From the NCBI GenBank assembly GCA_963733675.1, contig CAVTET010000005.1:32001-96000 (forward strand): a stretch of DNA of 64,000 bases, written 5' to 3'. The notes beneath the pieces are model-generated. The model searched no databases. It had not been told where the DNA came from and was given only the letters and a program-made list of their open reading frames with translations. This stretch comes from an uncultured Methanosarcinaceae archaeon. GTDB lineage: Archaea > Halobacteriota > Methanosarcinia > Methanosarcinales > Methanosarcinaceae. The translations under genes were made by a program, and so were the position numbers. Shown in pieces: positions 43,518 through 56,023 of the stretch (positions within the stretch are counted from its first letter, which is position 1; each line of letters begins with the position of its first letter).

Positions 43518-44581
43518 ATGCTCGGGATAGAGAAGAAATTCGATATTGATGCCTTTTTACTAGAAATCCGAGAGATGCTTACCCGGGAACTTGATCTCAG
43601 AACCGAAGCTGTTAATATGCGACGTTTTGAGGATAATTTTAAGAATGTGAAAAATGTTGCAGTGTCTGAAATTTATCCCGATTACTGTTCTGCCAATGTC
43701 CTCACAATGGTATTTATCCAGGGAATTCAGATCAAAGATATAATCAACCTGCCAATACTGCAAAGCAAGAAATCGGAGTACTCGCGCACTATTACCAAAA
43801 GTTACCTTAAGCAGGTCGTCTATATCGATGGCTTTTATCACGCAGATCCTCATGGAGGCAATATGATAGTTCAAGAAGACGATACTATTGCCTTCATAGA
43901 TTTTGGGGCTGTTGGCAGTATAGGTGACGAGCTTAAAAGAAATACTCTGAAATTTTATTACGCTGTCAATAACAGGGATGTAGAAAGAGCAACCCAGAGT
44001 TTTCTGAAAATAGGGGATGCAGATTCCGATGATGTGGATATTAACAGGCTTAGAAAAGATATGGATAACCTGATCACAAACAGAGCTATGGGCTTGAAGG
44101 CAGGCAGAGTGACAATTTTGCAAAACTTGGGATGAAATATAATATCCGGCTCCCTGGAGAATTTTCAACTCTTCAGAGGGCAATCCTTCTCATCGAAGGA
44201 GTCTGCCTGGAACTTGACCCTAAATACAACGTAAAACCTATTGCAATCTCTGTTCTCGTGGAAGCTTATAAAAAGCTTAATATCTCAAAAAGCGTTGCTC
44301 TTGATATTGAATTTACCGCTGAACCAGCAGACGAAATGGAAGAATTAACGACTGCAATCAGAGAAATCAGTGAAAAAATGGAAAGAGTTGGGGGTAAATT
44401 CATTTCCATTAAACAAAATGAAAGCATAAGAAGTGTTTTTTCAAAGGAATTCTACTTTACTGTCCTTCTTATAGTTTCGACTTACGTGTTGTTAAATGGA
44501 GGTGCTTTTTCCTGGGTTGGGTTAGTTGGGTTTGTGGGATCGGTTTTGATAGTTATTCTTGCTATAATTTGGGATAACTGA
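43518..44581 (+). pseudogene. ABC1/AarF/UbiB-family kinase, 3' part, frameshifted
   Basis: ELDL..EA.N..RF, VLTM, GFYHADPHGGN, IDFGAVG, LIEGVC.ELDP, two C-terminal TM helices; 5' part lost at the IS5 remnant. Confidence 0.82.
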
Positions 44582-44587
44582 GACGAT

Positions 44588-44680
44588 AGAGGATTTTGAT
44601 AAATCCCAAATTTTGGCCGTTTGTATATAATGATTATATAAGCAATTTGTTGAAATCGAAGGTTTATTGAAATTCTCTAT
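44588..44680. mobile_element. IS5-derived MITE
   Basis: AGAGGATTTTGATAAATCC ... GGTTTATTGAAATTCTCT inverted ends as at 19.0-19.3 kb. Confidence 0.5.
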
Positions 44681-44726
44681 ATTTTAACATATTATTAATT
44701 TGAACAAAATAAACGGACTGGAATAA

Positions 44727-45075
44727 ATGTTAAAACAATTCTCTAGTGGAATGAAAATGTTACTGGCAGTCCTTTTTGTAGTATCCTTGACAGCAGTGGC
44801 AACAAGTGCACAAGGCAAAGGTGACGTTTCAAGTAACGGTAAGACTGTAGATGTTGCCATTCAGGAATTTGCTTTTAACCCGGAATTAGTCAAAATACCC
44901 GCAGTGGATGCAATAAGATGAATTTAAATGGACTCAGCCAACATACAGTAGAGGGAGCTATTTTCACGTCTGAAATAATATCCAAAGGACAAAATTACAA
45001 GTTTCTGTTTACTGACCCTTGAGTCTATAAGTTTGAATGCTCGATTCACCCTAATATGAAAAAAACTGTACCATT
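44727..45075 (+). pseudogene. Secreted cupredoxin (plastocyanin/amicyanin-like)
   Basis: Signal peptide, VAIQEFAFNP, then broken W.N.DS..HTV and FECSIHPNMK copper-ligand motif. Confidence 0.7.
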
Positions 45076-45430
45076 TGCAGCGAAAAAGTGAGGATCTTAC
45101 AAAGTGCATAGAGAACTGGGGGGCGAATTGTAATTACTTTCATAAATATTTATTTTAAGTCTTTTAAAAACGGCTATTTTCAGCAGTGTGCTGATTTTCG
45201 ATCGTATCCTATTAGCTGGTTTATATTTTCATTATAGAATACACTTTGTTCAAATGTACTCATTTTCTAAGCTTACCTATACAGAGAACTAAAAACTGCA
45301 ATGTATAGAAAATAATATGCAGAGAGTAGTCATAAGATTTATCTGGATAAATATTGACTCATTATTGATGACCACCAAAAATCATCAATGAATAAAAATT
45401 AAGGAGACTGTATATCAAAAATAATTATTT

Positions 45431-45660
45431 TTAGCCCTCGTTCCCTATAGCATCAACAGGGCAGTTTTCTAATGCCTCTTCACAAGCTTTTTTTCCTCAT
45501 CGTTTTCAGGTTGCTTATATACAAAGGAATTTGAATCATCATCATTCATTTTGAAGTTAGTTGATGCAGTATCCACGCATAACTGACATGCGATGCATTC
45601 ATAATCACAATAATAAGGTCCAGGAACATTTTCAGCAACTTTATCTGACTTATCAGCTAT
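45431..45660 (-). pseudogene. Ferredoxin (single-cluster type)
   Basis: ADKSDKVAENVPGPYYCDYECIACQLCVDTA...YKQP..(fs)CEEALENCPVDAIG; start is ATA, frameshift in an A-run. Confidence 0.75.
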
Positions 45661-46941
45661 ATTTTACCCCTCCAATTGAATTTATCTTACAAGAAAGGTA
45701 CTTAAGAGGATTTATATATATATTTTAAATTTAAAGTGGGTTTTCAATTCGTGAAATTCCTCAGTCTATCTGTAAACTTACACATTTGCAGTGCAAAAAT
45801 CACGTACTATTGACTTTAGAGCTAAACTCATGTTTCAGACAATTTGAGGTTTAATGCTATTGATTTCCAGTTTAACTTTTAAGTCCTAGAAGAGTTCTTA
45901 GTCTTTCTATTGAACTTTTCAGATGTGGCTAAATTAATTAGAGTCACATACTAATAAATGGTATTTTAAAAATAAATTATAGTTACAAACCTAATTATTG
46001 ACGCTTAAGTTATTCGAAATTATATAACCACGGGAAAAAACGTAGCGAAATATACCCAGGTTCTCTCATCCCCTTATGATCTTGTTTTCTATGTTTTCCG
46101 TAGATTTGTTGGCCGTAGAGATTTGTTTGATGATTTTTCGTTAACGATAGCTTTTTTATACTGTTTATTTAGCATATTTTCAGTGTCATTTAACACTTTG
46201 ATTGAATAGTTGAAATTCATTTTGGGATCTGTAATGAAAAATCCCATGTCATCGTGGTAGCTGCAACGACGATATCACTTGTAAAAAAAGTGACTAATTA
46301 AGAGTTAAATCATATGCTACACTTTTTAGACACATAAAAATGCCAGTTTACATTGAGAAAAGTATTGTGTATTCCATTGCATGAATATACTGGTATACAT
46401 TGCATGGCGCACACAATAAAGCTATTTGTTTGCAATTTATACCATATATGTTTAATTTCAAATTCTATCTCGAGTTCTCTATTCTGAAATCTTTAGAACT
46501 AGAATTTAATAAAAGCATATATTTAATAATACTGAAATACGCTTAAAGACTCTGTTTGATTCAGACGATCTAAAGTTATATATTTTGTTCGTCGTTTTTT
46601 GATATTTCCATTTCTCCGAAAAAATATGTGCTGTTGTTAAGAATTTTTATGAGAAAAACTAACTTATCACTACGATTTTCCAGATGGTACAACCCTTACT
46701 TATTTTGGTTAAGCCGCGGTATTTAGAAACAAAACTTCAGTATAATCTAAAATATATGACTATTAATTATTAGATAATATAATTCAATAGCTAGCTTGAA
46801 TATTATCAATTAAATTATACTATAGTTAAACTTATTTGCTTAAATAGGATGTGTGAATGTTTATTTGATGGATTAATATTCTCACAGCGTGTCTATCGAT
46901 AGAAAACATAAAAATGTATCAAATTAAGCAAAATTTTAAAG

Positions 46942-47211
46942 ATGAAACAAACGAGTAAGCAAAAACTTTCCAGAATAAAAACGACAATTAATATTTTGAT
47001 AGCTGTATTTTTCATAATAACATTAACAGTTGCTTCAGCAAGCGCATGTTCTAGTCAGTCGGTCAAAAACTCAAATTCGGTTGATAACAATATCCCTGTC
47101 AACTCGAATCCGGTTAATTACGAAAATCCCAGCAACATGAATCCAATTAATTACGGAAGCCCCAGCAACATGAATACGATTAATAACGGAAACCTTGATA
47201 ATTGGTTTTGA
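46942..47211 (+). CDS. Small secreted Asn-rich repeat protein
   Basis: Basic N-terminus, hydrophobic stretch, ASA-C; 11-aa repeats NPVNYENPSNM/NPINYGSPSNM. Confidence 0.6.
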   Translation: MKQTSKQKLSRIKTTINILIAVFFIITLTVASASACSSQSVKNSNSVDNNIPVNSNPVNYENPSNMNPINYGSPSNMNTINNGNLDNWF

Positions 47212-47641
47212 TTTTTAACAGTTGTATTTGAACGGTTTGTTTGGCAGCTATAAGGTCGATGGGGTTTTACAAAAAAAATATTTGAAACAAGAGCTTTTTT
47301 AATCATTTTCTGGATTTTTGATTGATTGCAGTTAATTGCTAGTGAAATTACTTGTAAATCTTGTCGATTGCAGAAGATGATAACAAGTCTCTTTTTTCAA
47401 TATCCATTTTGAAATCATTGGGTGTATCAATACATAGTTTATATTAAAATCTAAGTATTTGTGGAGGATATGGACAGAGAATAACTCTAAAAATTCCTGA
47501 AATCTCCAAAAATACGTAGATTTTACGATAAAAACTATGCATTCTCCATAAGAAATGGAACCAGGTCTACAGCTGACCTAATCTAGAGGATACCCGGACC
47601 TTAAAGGCTCTAAAATTCTATGCTTTGACATAAGGGATTTC

Positions 47642-49631
47642 TCAGGCTCCAGGTTCAAAAAAACGTCTGATTTCTTCAAGTTTTTGAGGGAGACTGATCA
47701 AAAGCAGGATATCATCAGGTTTGAGTTTAGTCTCAGCCCCTAAATCGTATATAAGCCGATGGCTTCTGGAAATTGCAAAAACAGAAACCCCATATTTTTT
47801 CCGGATAGCAAGATCTCCTAGGGTTTTTCCTGCGGCTTCCGAGTTTTTCCCAACTCTTATACTTCTAATTTCCACGTCTGAAAAGTCAAGAGCAAGCTTA
47901 CAGATACTTTTTCGGTGCGTTTCTGGACTTCGAAGTATACGGTAATGGTCAGCTCTGAGTTCATAACCCTGGTTTTCAATCTCATTCAGCGGAACCATAT
48001 ACTTGTTAAGTACTCTGGAAAAGAGCTCTATCGAGCACTCAAATTCATCCGAGACAACTTCATCAGCTCCTACAGAATAGAAATTGTCAAGTTGGTTCAA
48101 GAAGTGAGCCCTAGCAATGATATGGACATCAGGGTTCAACCTCCTGGCCGCTTCAATGATCCTTTCGGAGTTTGCAGGACCGATTGAAGTTACCACTATT
48201 GATTTTGCACCCCGAATGCCTGCATGCTCAAGCACCGTTTTTTGAGCTGCGTCTCCATAGATAATTGGTTCACCTTTCTGCTTTTCATACCGTACAGTCT
48301 CAGGATTAATTTCTATTATGATATAAGGAATTGAAACTTTTTTGGCAGCAATTGCAACATTTCTCCCATTGATCCCAAAACCTATTATGATCAGGTGGTT
48401 TTCAAGCTCTTTATCCTGCACATCTTCCTGGAAATCCCTGTATCGGTTATATGAAAGTATTTTAGGAAAGGGAAGTCTCTCGATATAAACAATAAAACGG
48501 GATCCCAGTCCTATAAAAGAAGGGGTTAATACCATGGAAAACACGGTAACAGCCAGGAACTCTTGATAAATTTCCCCGGAAAGAATTCCATTTTCAAAGC
48601 CCACATTTGCCGTGATAATGGAAAATTTTCCAATTTGAGCCAGAGAAAAACCTACCAGAAGCATTGTATGCAGAGGGAATCCTATAAGAAAAATAGTTAA
48701 AGAGTTCACAAAAGTTTTCAGGAAAAAAACCAGAACAGTAGCTGAGAGAATAAGTCGGGAATGTGCTCTCACAATATCTAGATTTAGCAACATGCCTGTT
48801 GAAACAAAAAAGATACTCATGAACATGTCCCTGAAAGGAATAACATTTCCAAGTGCCTGTACGGCATATTCGGACTCAGGAGATGATAAGCCCTGCCAGA
48901 AAAGCCCCCAGAGCAGGGGAGAGGCCTGCCAGATAACTTATCCAGGCTACTGAAAGACCTATTGTCACTATGCTTAGCAAGAAAAGTTCGTTATTGCGTG
49001 TCTTTGCTATCTGGTACAGAAGAGAAGGAACTACATAGCGGGCACTTATAAGAGTGAGAAGAACGAGCCCTATTCCCCGAAACATAAGATTAAAAAGAGC
49101 ACTTCCAACTACTGCCTCTCCTGCAAGCAGTGGAGCAAGGATAATTATCAAAACAGCAGCTATATCCTGGAAAATGAGGATTCCAAGTGCAATTCTCCCG
49201 TGAGCGCTGTAGATCTCCCCCTTCTCCTGCATAAGTTTCAGGACAATAGCTGTGCTGCTAAGTGCCACAATAAGCCCCATAAAAACTGCAGCTTTAGGAG
49301 AATAACCAAGCCACACGAAAATAAAGCCGACAACAATGCTCGTAATAAAGACCTGCAGCCCTCCTCCCAAAAGTACTATTCTTTTGAGCTTCAGGAGCTC
49401 GCTCAGGGAGAACTCTATTCCAGTTGTAAAAAGCAGCAGTACGACTCCGATTTCAGCCATAACTTCTATGTTTTTGATCTCTTGAATTAGTCCGAAACCG
49501 AATGGCCCGGCAAGGATACCCGCAAGCAAGAAACTCACAAGTGGAGCTATTTTTAATCTCGAGAATGTAAAAACAACCGGAATAGAGAGCCTGAAGATGA
49601 TCAAGAGGTCAGCTAGAAGATTATATGCCAT
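47642..49631 (-). pseudogene. CPA2/KefC-type cation:proton antiporter with TrkA-N and TrkA-C domains, frameshift near 48880
   Basis: AEIGVVLLLF.GIEFS, ALSSTAIV, ILIFQDI, LGAFLAGL, PFRD.F, IIGFGING, YGDA; apparent 1-nt insertion in ISESEY. Confidence 0.87.
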
Positions 49632-50092
49632 TAATATAAATTTAATTTTTAAATAATATAAAGATGATTCCACAGATAGCTGTCTGAAAATCTGAGTTGA
49701 GTATAATGCAGAATAAGATTTAAGATCCAAAAATCAAAATTTCAAATCAGAATTATATTTTAAAACTATAAACAAATAGGCATATTACAAAGGAGAAGAA
49801 GAATGAGCACAAATTTGAATAAACGTAGAGAAGAGAGGAAATTCTCATGTATCACATATGATGCAGTAAACTGTAGGAAAATAGATAAATAATCAAATAT
49901 TGGCAAATGTGTAAGCCGAAATAAAAGATCTAAAAATGGAACAGGAATCAAAACAGAAGATTAAGGTATATAGGGCAGATTGTATAGAAAATTATGCACG
50001 CTGCCCTCTTTGAATAGTCACGGAAATTTGTTATTTCAGATAATTTCTACAGCGCCTAAATTTCGATGTTGTTCTCCCATCTAACATTTGCA

Positions 50093-50278
50093 CTATTTGA
50101 TCATTTCCTGGACTTTTCGAATATTAGCTATAGCTCCTTTCTTCATCTCAATCATTTTTTCCATATCAGATATTTTCATTTCTAAAAATTTAATTATCAT
50201 ATCCATTCTCATTACTGTAACTTTCTTTTTCTGTTCTTCAGTCAGAAGTTCCCATGTCTGAGTTATCACAGTCTGCAT
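50093..50278 (-). CDS. Small hypothetical coiled-coil protein
   Basis: WELLTEEQKKK...helical ORF; start uncertain. Confidence 0.45.
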   Translation of the reverse strand: MQTVITQTWELLTEEQKKKVTVMRMDMIIKFLEMKISDMEKMIEMKKGAIANIRKVQEMIK

Positions 50279-50879
50279 TATTGGACCTTTTCCTGCTAAA
50301 TCGTGATGCTTAAATATCTCCTTTCACCTATAATATTCTGCAAATTTACACTTCAATAACTGATCAAATATTTTAATATATATTAAACTTTAGTTTTAAC
50401 AAATTGTTTATAAAGTTTATATAAGTAATTTGTTGCAACCAGATATTTACTACTTCTCCATGCTATTTTGAATTAATGATACAAAAAATAGTTTCTGAAT
50501 AAAATTTACTTTCAAATAAAATATTTTAAAATTGAACAATAATTAGATATTTAATATTAAATATAATAATTTTAGAACAAAACTTACCCCACATGAAAAA
50601 ATCTAAAATGGAATAATAAATTAATATTAACACTATTTTTATAATTACCAAAAATATTTCACATACTTCACATTGAGTTTTCCCCCTAAAAAAATAGACT
50701 AAAGTGAAAATACGTCTAAAAAAAAACTAAAAGCCGTAATATTCTGGACTCTTAGTAGTAGAACGGTTTCGAAGCAAGATGCAGGATGTTTTTATTGGAA
50801 TAAAATTTTCCCTTCTAAGAAACGCTGGCACAGTTCCTGGAATCCCCTTTCCGTACCTATTTCCTCTTCACGAACTTCT

Positions 50880-51512
50880 TCACCACGGACCTTGGATACC
50901 ACGCTGATATGAGCCATTTCCTTTCTTTCTTGCAAAAATCCTTTTTACGTATTTTGCAAGCACAATATCACCTTTCCTGGACCTGAATTCACCGTCCCTT
51001 ACCTTAATTTTGTTGATGAAAAGGCGCGTATTTCCAACTATTTCCTCTGCTCCTACAACAAACTCATAATCACCAGGAACGCATTTTTCGATAACCTCTG
51101 TTTTTTCAGTTCCTGACTGTGCAGAAAACTTTACAATTACCTCTTCAATATACCTGCCCCATATTGTTTTAATGTCTTCTGCCTTAGCCACCTTGACCCG
51201 TTTCCCTCTAGCATCAAGGGCAGTAATCATGATAGGAAAAACCATTTCTGCTTCTTCATCATCTACAACCATTTCGTCATCTACATGAAGAACAATCTCG
51301 GAATCCAGTTTAATTTTGTATGTGCGCGAAATATCCATCTTGCTGACTATGACCTTCAAAACAGAGGCTTTTGGTATTTTTATCTTCGCTGGACGTACCT
51401 GGCCACACTCCAGACAACGAACTAGAGCGCCTTGCCCTTCTTTTAGAACTTGATGCCCGACTTCTTCCTTAGGGGAACATGAAGGGCACTCGACTTCAAT
51501 TTCTCTTATCAT
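50880..51512 (-). CDS. HVO_0476-family zinc-finger protein
   Basis: CPSC...H...CLECG, IVS, I..IWGR, EF.VG, AKYVKRIFAR. Confidence 0.8.
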   Translation of the reverse strand: MIREIEVECPSCSPKEEVGHQVLKEGQGALVRCLECGQVRPAKIKIPKASVLKVIVSKMDISRTYKIKLDSEIVLHVDDEMVVDDEEAEMVFPIMITALDARGKRVKVAKAEDIKTIWGRYIEEVIVKFSAQSGTEKTEVIEKCVPGDYEFVVGAEEIVGNTRLFINKIKVRDGEFRSRKGDIVLAKYVKRIFARKKGNGSYQRGIQGPW

Positions 51513-51572
51513 GATACAATCAAAGATATATTCGAAATACTAAATACTTAACTTTTCAGGTGGTACTTTTCC

Positions 51573-51800
51573 GTGCACCACCACTCAGCTGAAGACTAAG
51601 TGACTCCTTGGTTCAGTCCTTTCTCTTTTGATAACAAGTCCCTAATTACATCCCCCTTATTTCACAGGCGTCAGGTCCAATTAGATTTTGATCAATGAGA
51701 GAGGATTTTTTGATGTTAATTGCAGCATTAATGTATCTATCATGTATTGTCGTGCAATCAAAAAATTCCAATTCGCTATCTTTTAATGTTAGCTCAGAGC
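51573..51800 (-). mobile_element. IS605/IS1341 tnpB 3' end plus right-end hairpin (omega-RNA region) relic
   Basis: SELTLKDSEL..DCTTIHDRYINAAINIKK..LIDQNLIG then CACTTAG-TCTTCAG-CTGAGTG hairpin and GGTGCAC end. Confidence 0.75.
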
Positions 51801-52204
51801 TATGGTATCCAAAAAATTCACCAATTAATTTGCGAATGGCTTTTAAAAAAAAATCTAGACAACCTTTCTGCCCAAGATAATGCTGAATCGATAACCAAAA
51901 GAGGTAATGTGAAAAAAAATTCATTTTTGTGTGTCTGTTATCCGAAGAATTTCATTTTCTTGTTAGACCTCTCCCATGCTGATAGCTTCGTAAAGTACCC
52001 AATTTCATCAACAAATCAGCGAATGACAAGTTTTTTCTCTTCTCCTACATCATCCAAATAAAGTTCTGTAAATAATTCTCTGAAATTTGGAAATTTCCGT
52101 TGTTCATCCATGTACTCGGAATACTTACTATCTACTACAATGTTTCTTCCCTGGATATTATATTCCTGGTTGTCTGAATATATGTTCCTAACCTTTTTCT
52201 GATA

Positions 52205-53026
52205 TCAGAGTCTTACAGAAACTCCCCTATTTCTAAGGTACTCTTTAACTTCCTTTATTGAATACTTATTAAAGTGGAATATACTTGCTGCAAGAGCTGC
52301 ATCGGCTTTTCCCTCGGAGAACCCCTCGTACATGTGTTGAGGATTTCCGATCCCTCCTGAAGCTATGATAGGTATATCCAGCTCTTCGGAGAGTTTCTTT
52401 GTAATAGGGATATCATAGCCAGCGCAGGTGCCGTCTCGATCCATACTGGTAAGCAAAATTTCTCCAGAACCGAGTTCTTCTGCCCTTATAGCCCACTGCA
52501 CTGCATCAATTCCTATTGCCTGCCTGCCTCCATAGATAACTACTTCGTACCAAGCAAAAGTTCCATCTTCAAGTTCCAAAATAGTCTTGTCAGGATTATT
52601 TTTTATGTCATTATTCCGCCTGCAGTCAATTGCAGTGACAATGCACTGGGCTCCGAATACATCTGAAGACTCTTTGATAAATTCAGGATTTTTAACTGCT
52701 GATGTGTTGACAGAGACCTTGTCTGCTCCAGCCCTGAGAATCTGTCGGATAGCTTCAATGGAACTTATCCCGCCTCCAACAGTGAGAGGAATAAAAACCT
52801 CATCTGCAGTTCTCTCAATAACATTGATCATTGTTTCTCTACCATGGGCAGAAGCTGTGATGTCCAAGAAAACAAGCTCATCTGCGCCCTCTTCATTGTA
52901 GCGCTGAGCGAGTTCCACAGGATTTCCAGCCTCTTTAAGGTCGATAAACTCTATCCCTTTAACAACACAGCCGCCTACTCTGTCAAGGGTCACATCAAGG
53001 CATGGTATGATTCTTTTAGTGAGCAT
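52205..53026 (-). CDS. hisF: Imidazole glycerol phosphate synthase subunit HisF
   Basis: [45 protein letters not shown]. Confidence 0.97.
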   Translation of the reverse strand: MLTKRIIPCLDVTLDRVGGCVVKGIEFIDLKEAGNPVELAQRYNEEGADELVFLDITASAHGRETMINVIERTADEVFIPLTVGGGISSIEAIRQILRAGADKVSVNTSAVKNPEFIKESSDVFGAQCIVTAIDCRRNNDIKNNPDKTILELEDGTFAWYEVVIYGGRQAIGIDAVQWAIRAEELGSGEILLTSMDRDGTCAGYDIPITKKLSEELDIPIIASGGIGNPQHMYEGFSEGKADAALAASIFHFNKYSIKEVKEYLRNRGVSVRL

Positions 53027-53233
53027 CTATTGAATAATTAAGTGAAATGCTATTAAAAGCTTACCGAAATTAAGACAAATAGTAATATCTTAGATTTAAT
53101 CTGTGAAAAGAAAAAGCAATGAACTGTAGAAATGAATCCAAAAATAGCTCTCAAGATAAGATAGATAAAAATTTTAGAGTGAAGGTTGAAGGCTCAAGAA
53201 TGAGAATTCTGCATATTATAACTTCTGTGCGAT

Positions 53234-53704
53234 CTAACCAAAAATATTTATCACACGGGCACCATCAAGTTTGGACATCTCCACATCAGAACTTTCTAAT
53301 ACCTTTTTTCTAATCCTGATAGGAGCTCCTGCACGGAGAGCAAGAGCAATGCAGTCGCTTGGTCTTGCATCGAACTGCATGATATTATTATCCTTTCTTA
53401 TAAGAAGGCGGGCGTAATATATTTTTTCCACTTTGTCGTCGATCATTACGCACTCAATTTTTATTCCCAATCTATCAAAAATATTAATCATAAGGTCATG
53501 GGCCATCGGGCGAGGAGGTGAGATATTTTTAAGCACATTACCTATTGAGAGAGCTTCCAAGTGGCCTATGAACATAGGAAGCAGATTCCCCTCCATATTT
53601 TCAAGGAGCACCATGGGTGTTGGGTCCTCAAAAATATCAACTATATAGACATCTTTGACGTGAATTTCTTCGAAGTCATTATCGATATTGATGTCCATAA
53701 TCAT
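53234..53704 (-). CDS. Bifunctional nuclease (DUF151) family protein
   Basis: LPMFIG..EA.SI, PPRPMAHDL, FDARPSDCIALALR. Confidence 0.9.
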   Translation of the reverse strand: MIMDINIDNDFEEIHVKDVYIVDIFEDPTPMVLLENMEGNLLPMFIGHLEALSIGNVLKNISPPRPMAHDLMINIFDRLGIKIECVMIDDKVEKIYYARLLIRKDNNIMQFDARPSDCIALALRAGAPIRIRKKVLESSDVEMSKLDGARVINIFG

Positions 53705-53933
53705 TAGTTAATCTCACCCTATTAATACTTAATTAAATGTTCAGGATTAATTAACGTCTAGTTTTTTTTAAGCATGGAAATAATACTCACAATAACAGAA
53801 AGAAAATTTCCATTTTGATTGTAAAAATCAATTTTTAATCCTGCAGAAAATTTACTTCTTTTTGGTTCCGAAAATCTCCTGATACAATAATCATTTTGAA
53901 CAATATAATTTATCGTAAAGTGTAAATTTCTTT

Positions 53934-54129
53934 GTAATTATTCAGCCTGGGGAAAAAATTGCAATAACCATTGTTACAAGAACTTAATGAGCAAATTTCA
54001 ATGGACTTATTTTATTTACTATCGTCTATTGATCATTTTCTCTATTTTCCAATTAGTTATTAATCAGAAATATCATATCACATTAAAAGAGATATCAACC
54101 AACTTGTTTTTGGTAGACTGAATAGTTAT
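53934..54129. mobile_element. IS66-like MITE (~195 bp)
   Basis: GTAATTATTCAGCC ... GACTGAATAGTTA inverted ends; colinear with 20241-20436. Confidence 0.6.
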
Positions 54130-54414
54130 ATCTTCTTAAAAATTTAGCCAGTTTTCCCCTTTAATACTTTTATTTTTGAATAATTTTATTGATGTTAACG
54201 TTTTGAGCCTTAGATGGCCTACGATGTCTCAAAAATTAAACTTCATACAATAATTGTTTATACAGAAGCAACATAAAAGTTTGTGCATTGGAAACGGTGA
54301 TGATACCTTTATTGACAATTATAATACAAAATCATGATCGCAAAAATTCATCTTTACTTACCGCATTCTGTGATCGCAATAAATCAAAATTACAATAAAT
54401 AATTCACATTTTAA

Positions 54415-54660
54415 TGTCTTACCCAACTGCAAACAACTGGGTATGCTCTAGCCTCCATTCAGGATATACAAAAATAACTCTATACAATCTATTTTAATTA
54501 ACTTATATTATTTATTTTCCCTAGTACCCAACATAGTTTTTAATCATATCTAAAGTTGTACAATCATCAAAAATTCCTATATAACCTACATCATTCCATG
54601 ATTCATGACCCAAAAACTTTTTCTTGAGCCTCTATCATTAGTGGAGTATTCTATATTCAT
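54415..54660 (-). mobile_element. IS200/IS605 TnpA 3' remnant with hairpin
   Basis: KKFLGHESWNDVGYIGIFDDCTTLDMIKNYV resembles the 8.1-kb TnpA tail; followed by ACCCAGTTG..GCAGTTGGGT hairpin. Confidence 0.55.
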
Positions 54661-55621
54661 AGAACCAATGAATTTTTGAGTTACCAACGTCTTTCATTTA
54701 CTATGTAAAAATAAAAATTGTATTGTCGACTTACGATTATCCAATAAAATCTGGATATTAAAGCGGATCAATAACTATAAAGTGATGAAATGTAGCTATT
54801 TTTGACTTCGTAGCTTTTTTGGCTTATACGTTCGTTATTTGCCCCAAAAATTAGCTAAAAATCAAAGAAATCGCTCCCCTTTAACTATAAAGGTTGCTAT
54901 ATTGGATGATTTTTTATAATAATCAAAGATCGTGAATCATCATATTTTGAGCGTCACTCAGTTTTAATTATAGCCTCATATTTATGCATGAAAAATAAAG
55001 AGGAGATAGGTTTCTCCCATCCCAATAAGTTTGTTTAAGGCACCTGCACAACATAATAATTATTTGCATTGAAGTTTCTGGTACTTGCACCATTAGTGAG
55101 TGCATGTCTTCCAATTGCTTTTTCTCTATGATAATTTTGATCCCATACCGAAAATCCAATAATTTTCCCGTTGAAATGTACATCTACAGAATGTCGGGTA
55201 TAAAAATAATTGGTTAAATGATCGCAATTATGGAAAAAAAGGGAAGAATACGTAAGTAACTATTTTCATCATGCACTTTCATGAAAAAATATGGCGAAAA
55301 ATTTGCAGACAGCTTCTAATGTATCTGTCACTTGCCAACATTTATGCAGTGAATCTCAAATAAGTGTTACTTAAAACTTATTCAGTTATATTTCCAAACT
55401 GCAGACAAAAACCTTGTATCTTCACTGACTGAATATAGTAGCACACAACATTTTCAAGAAGAACTTGATTTCAGGTTTTCAATTTATTCATGATCTTCTA
55501 TTTTTTCAAAAATTTATTCTGATTCACTTTTACATAATAAATGAGATACTTTTTTATTTCTTAGAGACAACATAATATTAGAGTATTTATATGAATCCTG
55601 TATTTAGAGGAGTAATTAATA

Positions 55622-56023
55622 ATGTCAGGAGCAGAAACTACGGAAATGTTAGTAGGTTTGCAGTTGAAGATTCTAAATAACACAGGTGAGGATCTTGTGC
55701 TTCAGGCCCAGAAACTAGAGAAAGGAAAATACAAAAAAGGCCATCAAGCTCCAGCTAAAATAGAATCCTATGAAGAAAAGGAGATCGAACTTGTAGCATG
55801 TGACGGAAGCTGCGAAGGTGGAGCTGATATAGAGGGTTGGATCAAGTATGGGTTAAGTTGCTCAGAAGGATACTGCAAGTTACATTTCAAATATGTAGGA
55901 AGGGAAAACAAAGTCACAAATTCCTGTGAATGTCATATACACGATGGGAAAATACTCTATGAGACATCAACAGATACTATAAATGGGAGAAGTGTGAGCT
56001 GGATAATAGGCCCTAAAGCATAA
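55622..56023 (+). CDS. Aegerolysin-like beta-sandwich protein
   Basis: GAGGAG RBS; I.NNTG..L.L....L..GKY....P..I....EGWIKY....LHF pattern and 133-aa size resemble aegerolysin/Cry34-type proteins. Confidence 0.5.
   Translation: MSGAETTEMLVGLQLKILNNTGEDLVLQAQKLEKGKYKKGHQAPAKIESYEEKEIELVACDGSCEGGADIEGWIKYGLSCSEGYCKLHFKYVGRENKVTNSCECHIHDGKILYETSTDTINGRSVSWIIGPKA

Noticed and set aside
43560-44183. 207-aa antisense ORF, and similar ones at 20450-21004, 39703-40206 and 6282-6710
   Set aside because: Shadow ORFs opposite well-supported genes, with no motifs or RBS.
51940-52200. Decayed gene downstream of hisF
   Set aside because: Looks formerly coding but has stops and no family I can name.
54968-55200. 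Possible toxin partner remnant near the aegerolysin-like gene
   Set aside because: No MACPF or Toxin_10 motifs; part of the nearby region is an IS200 remnant.
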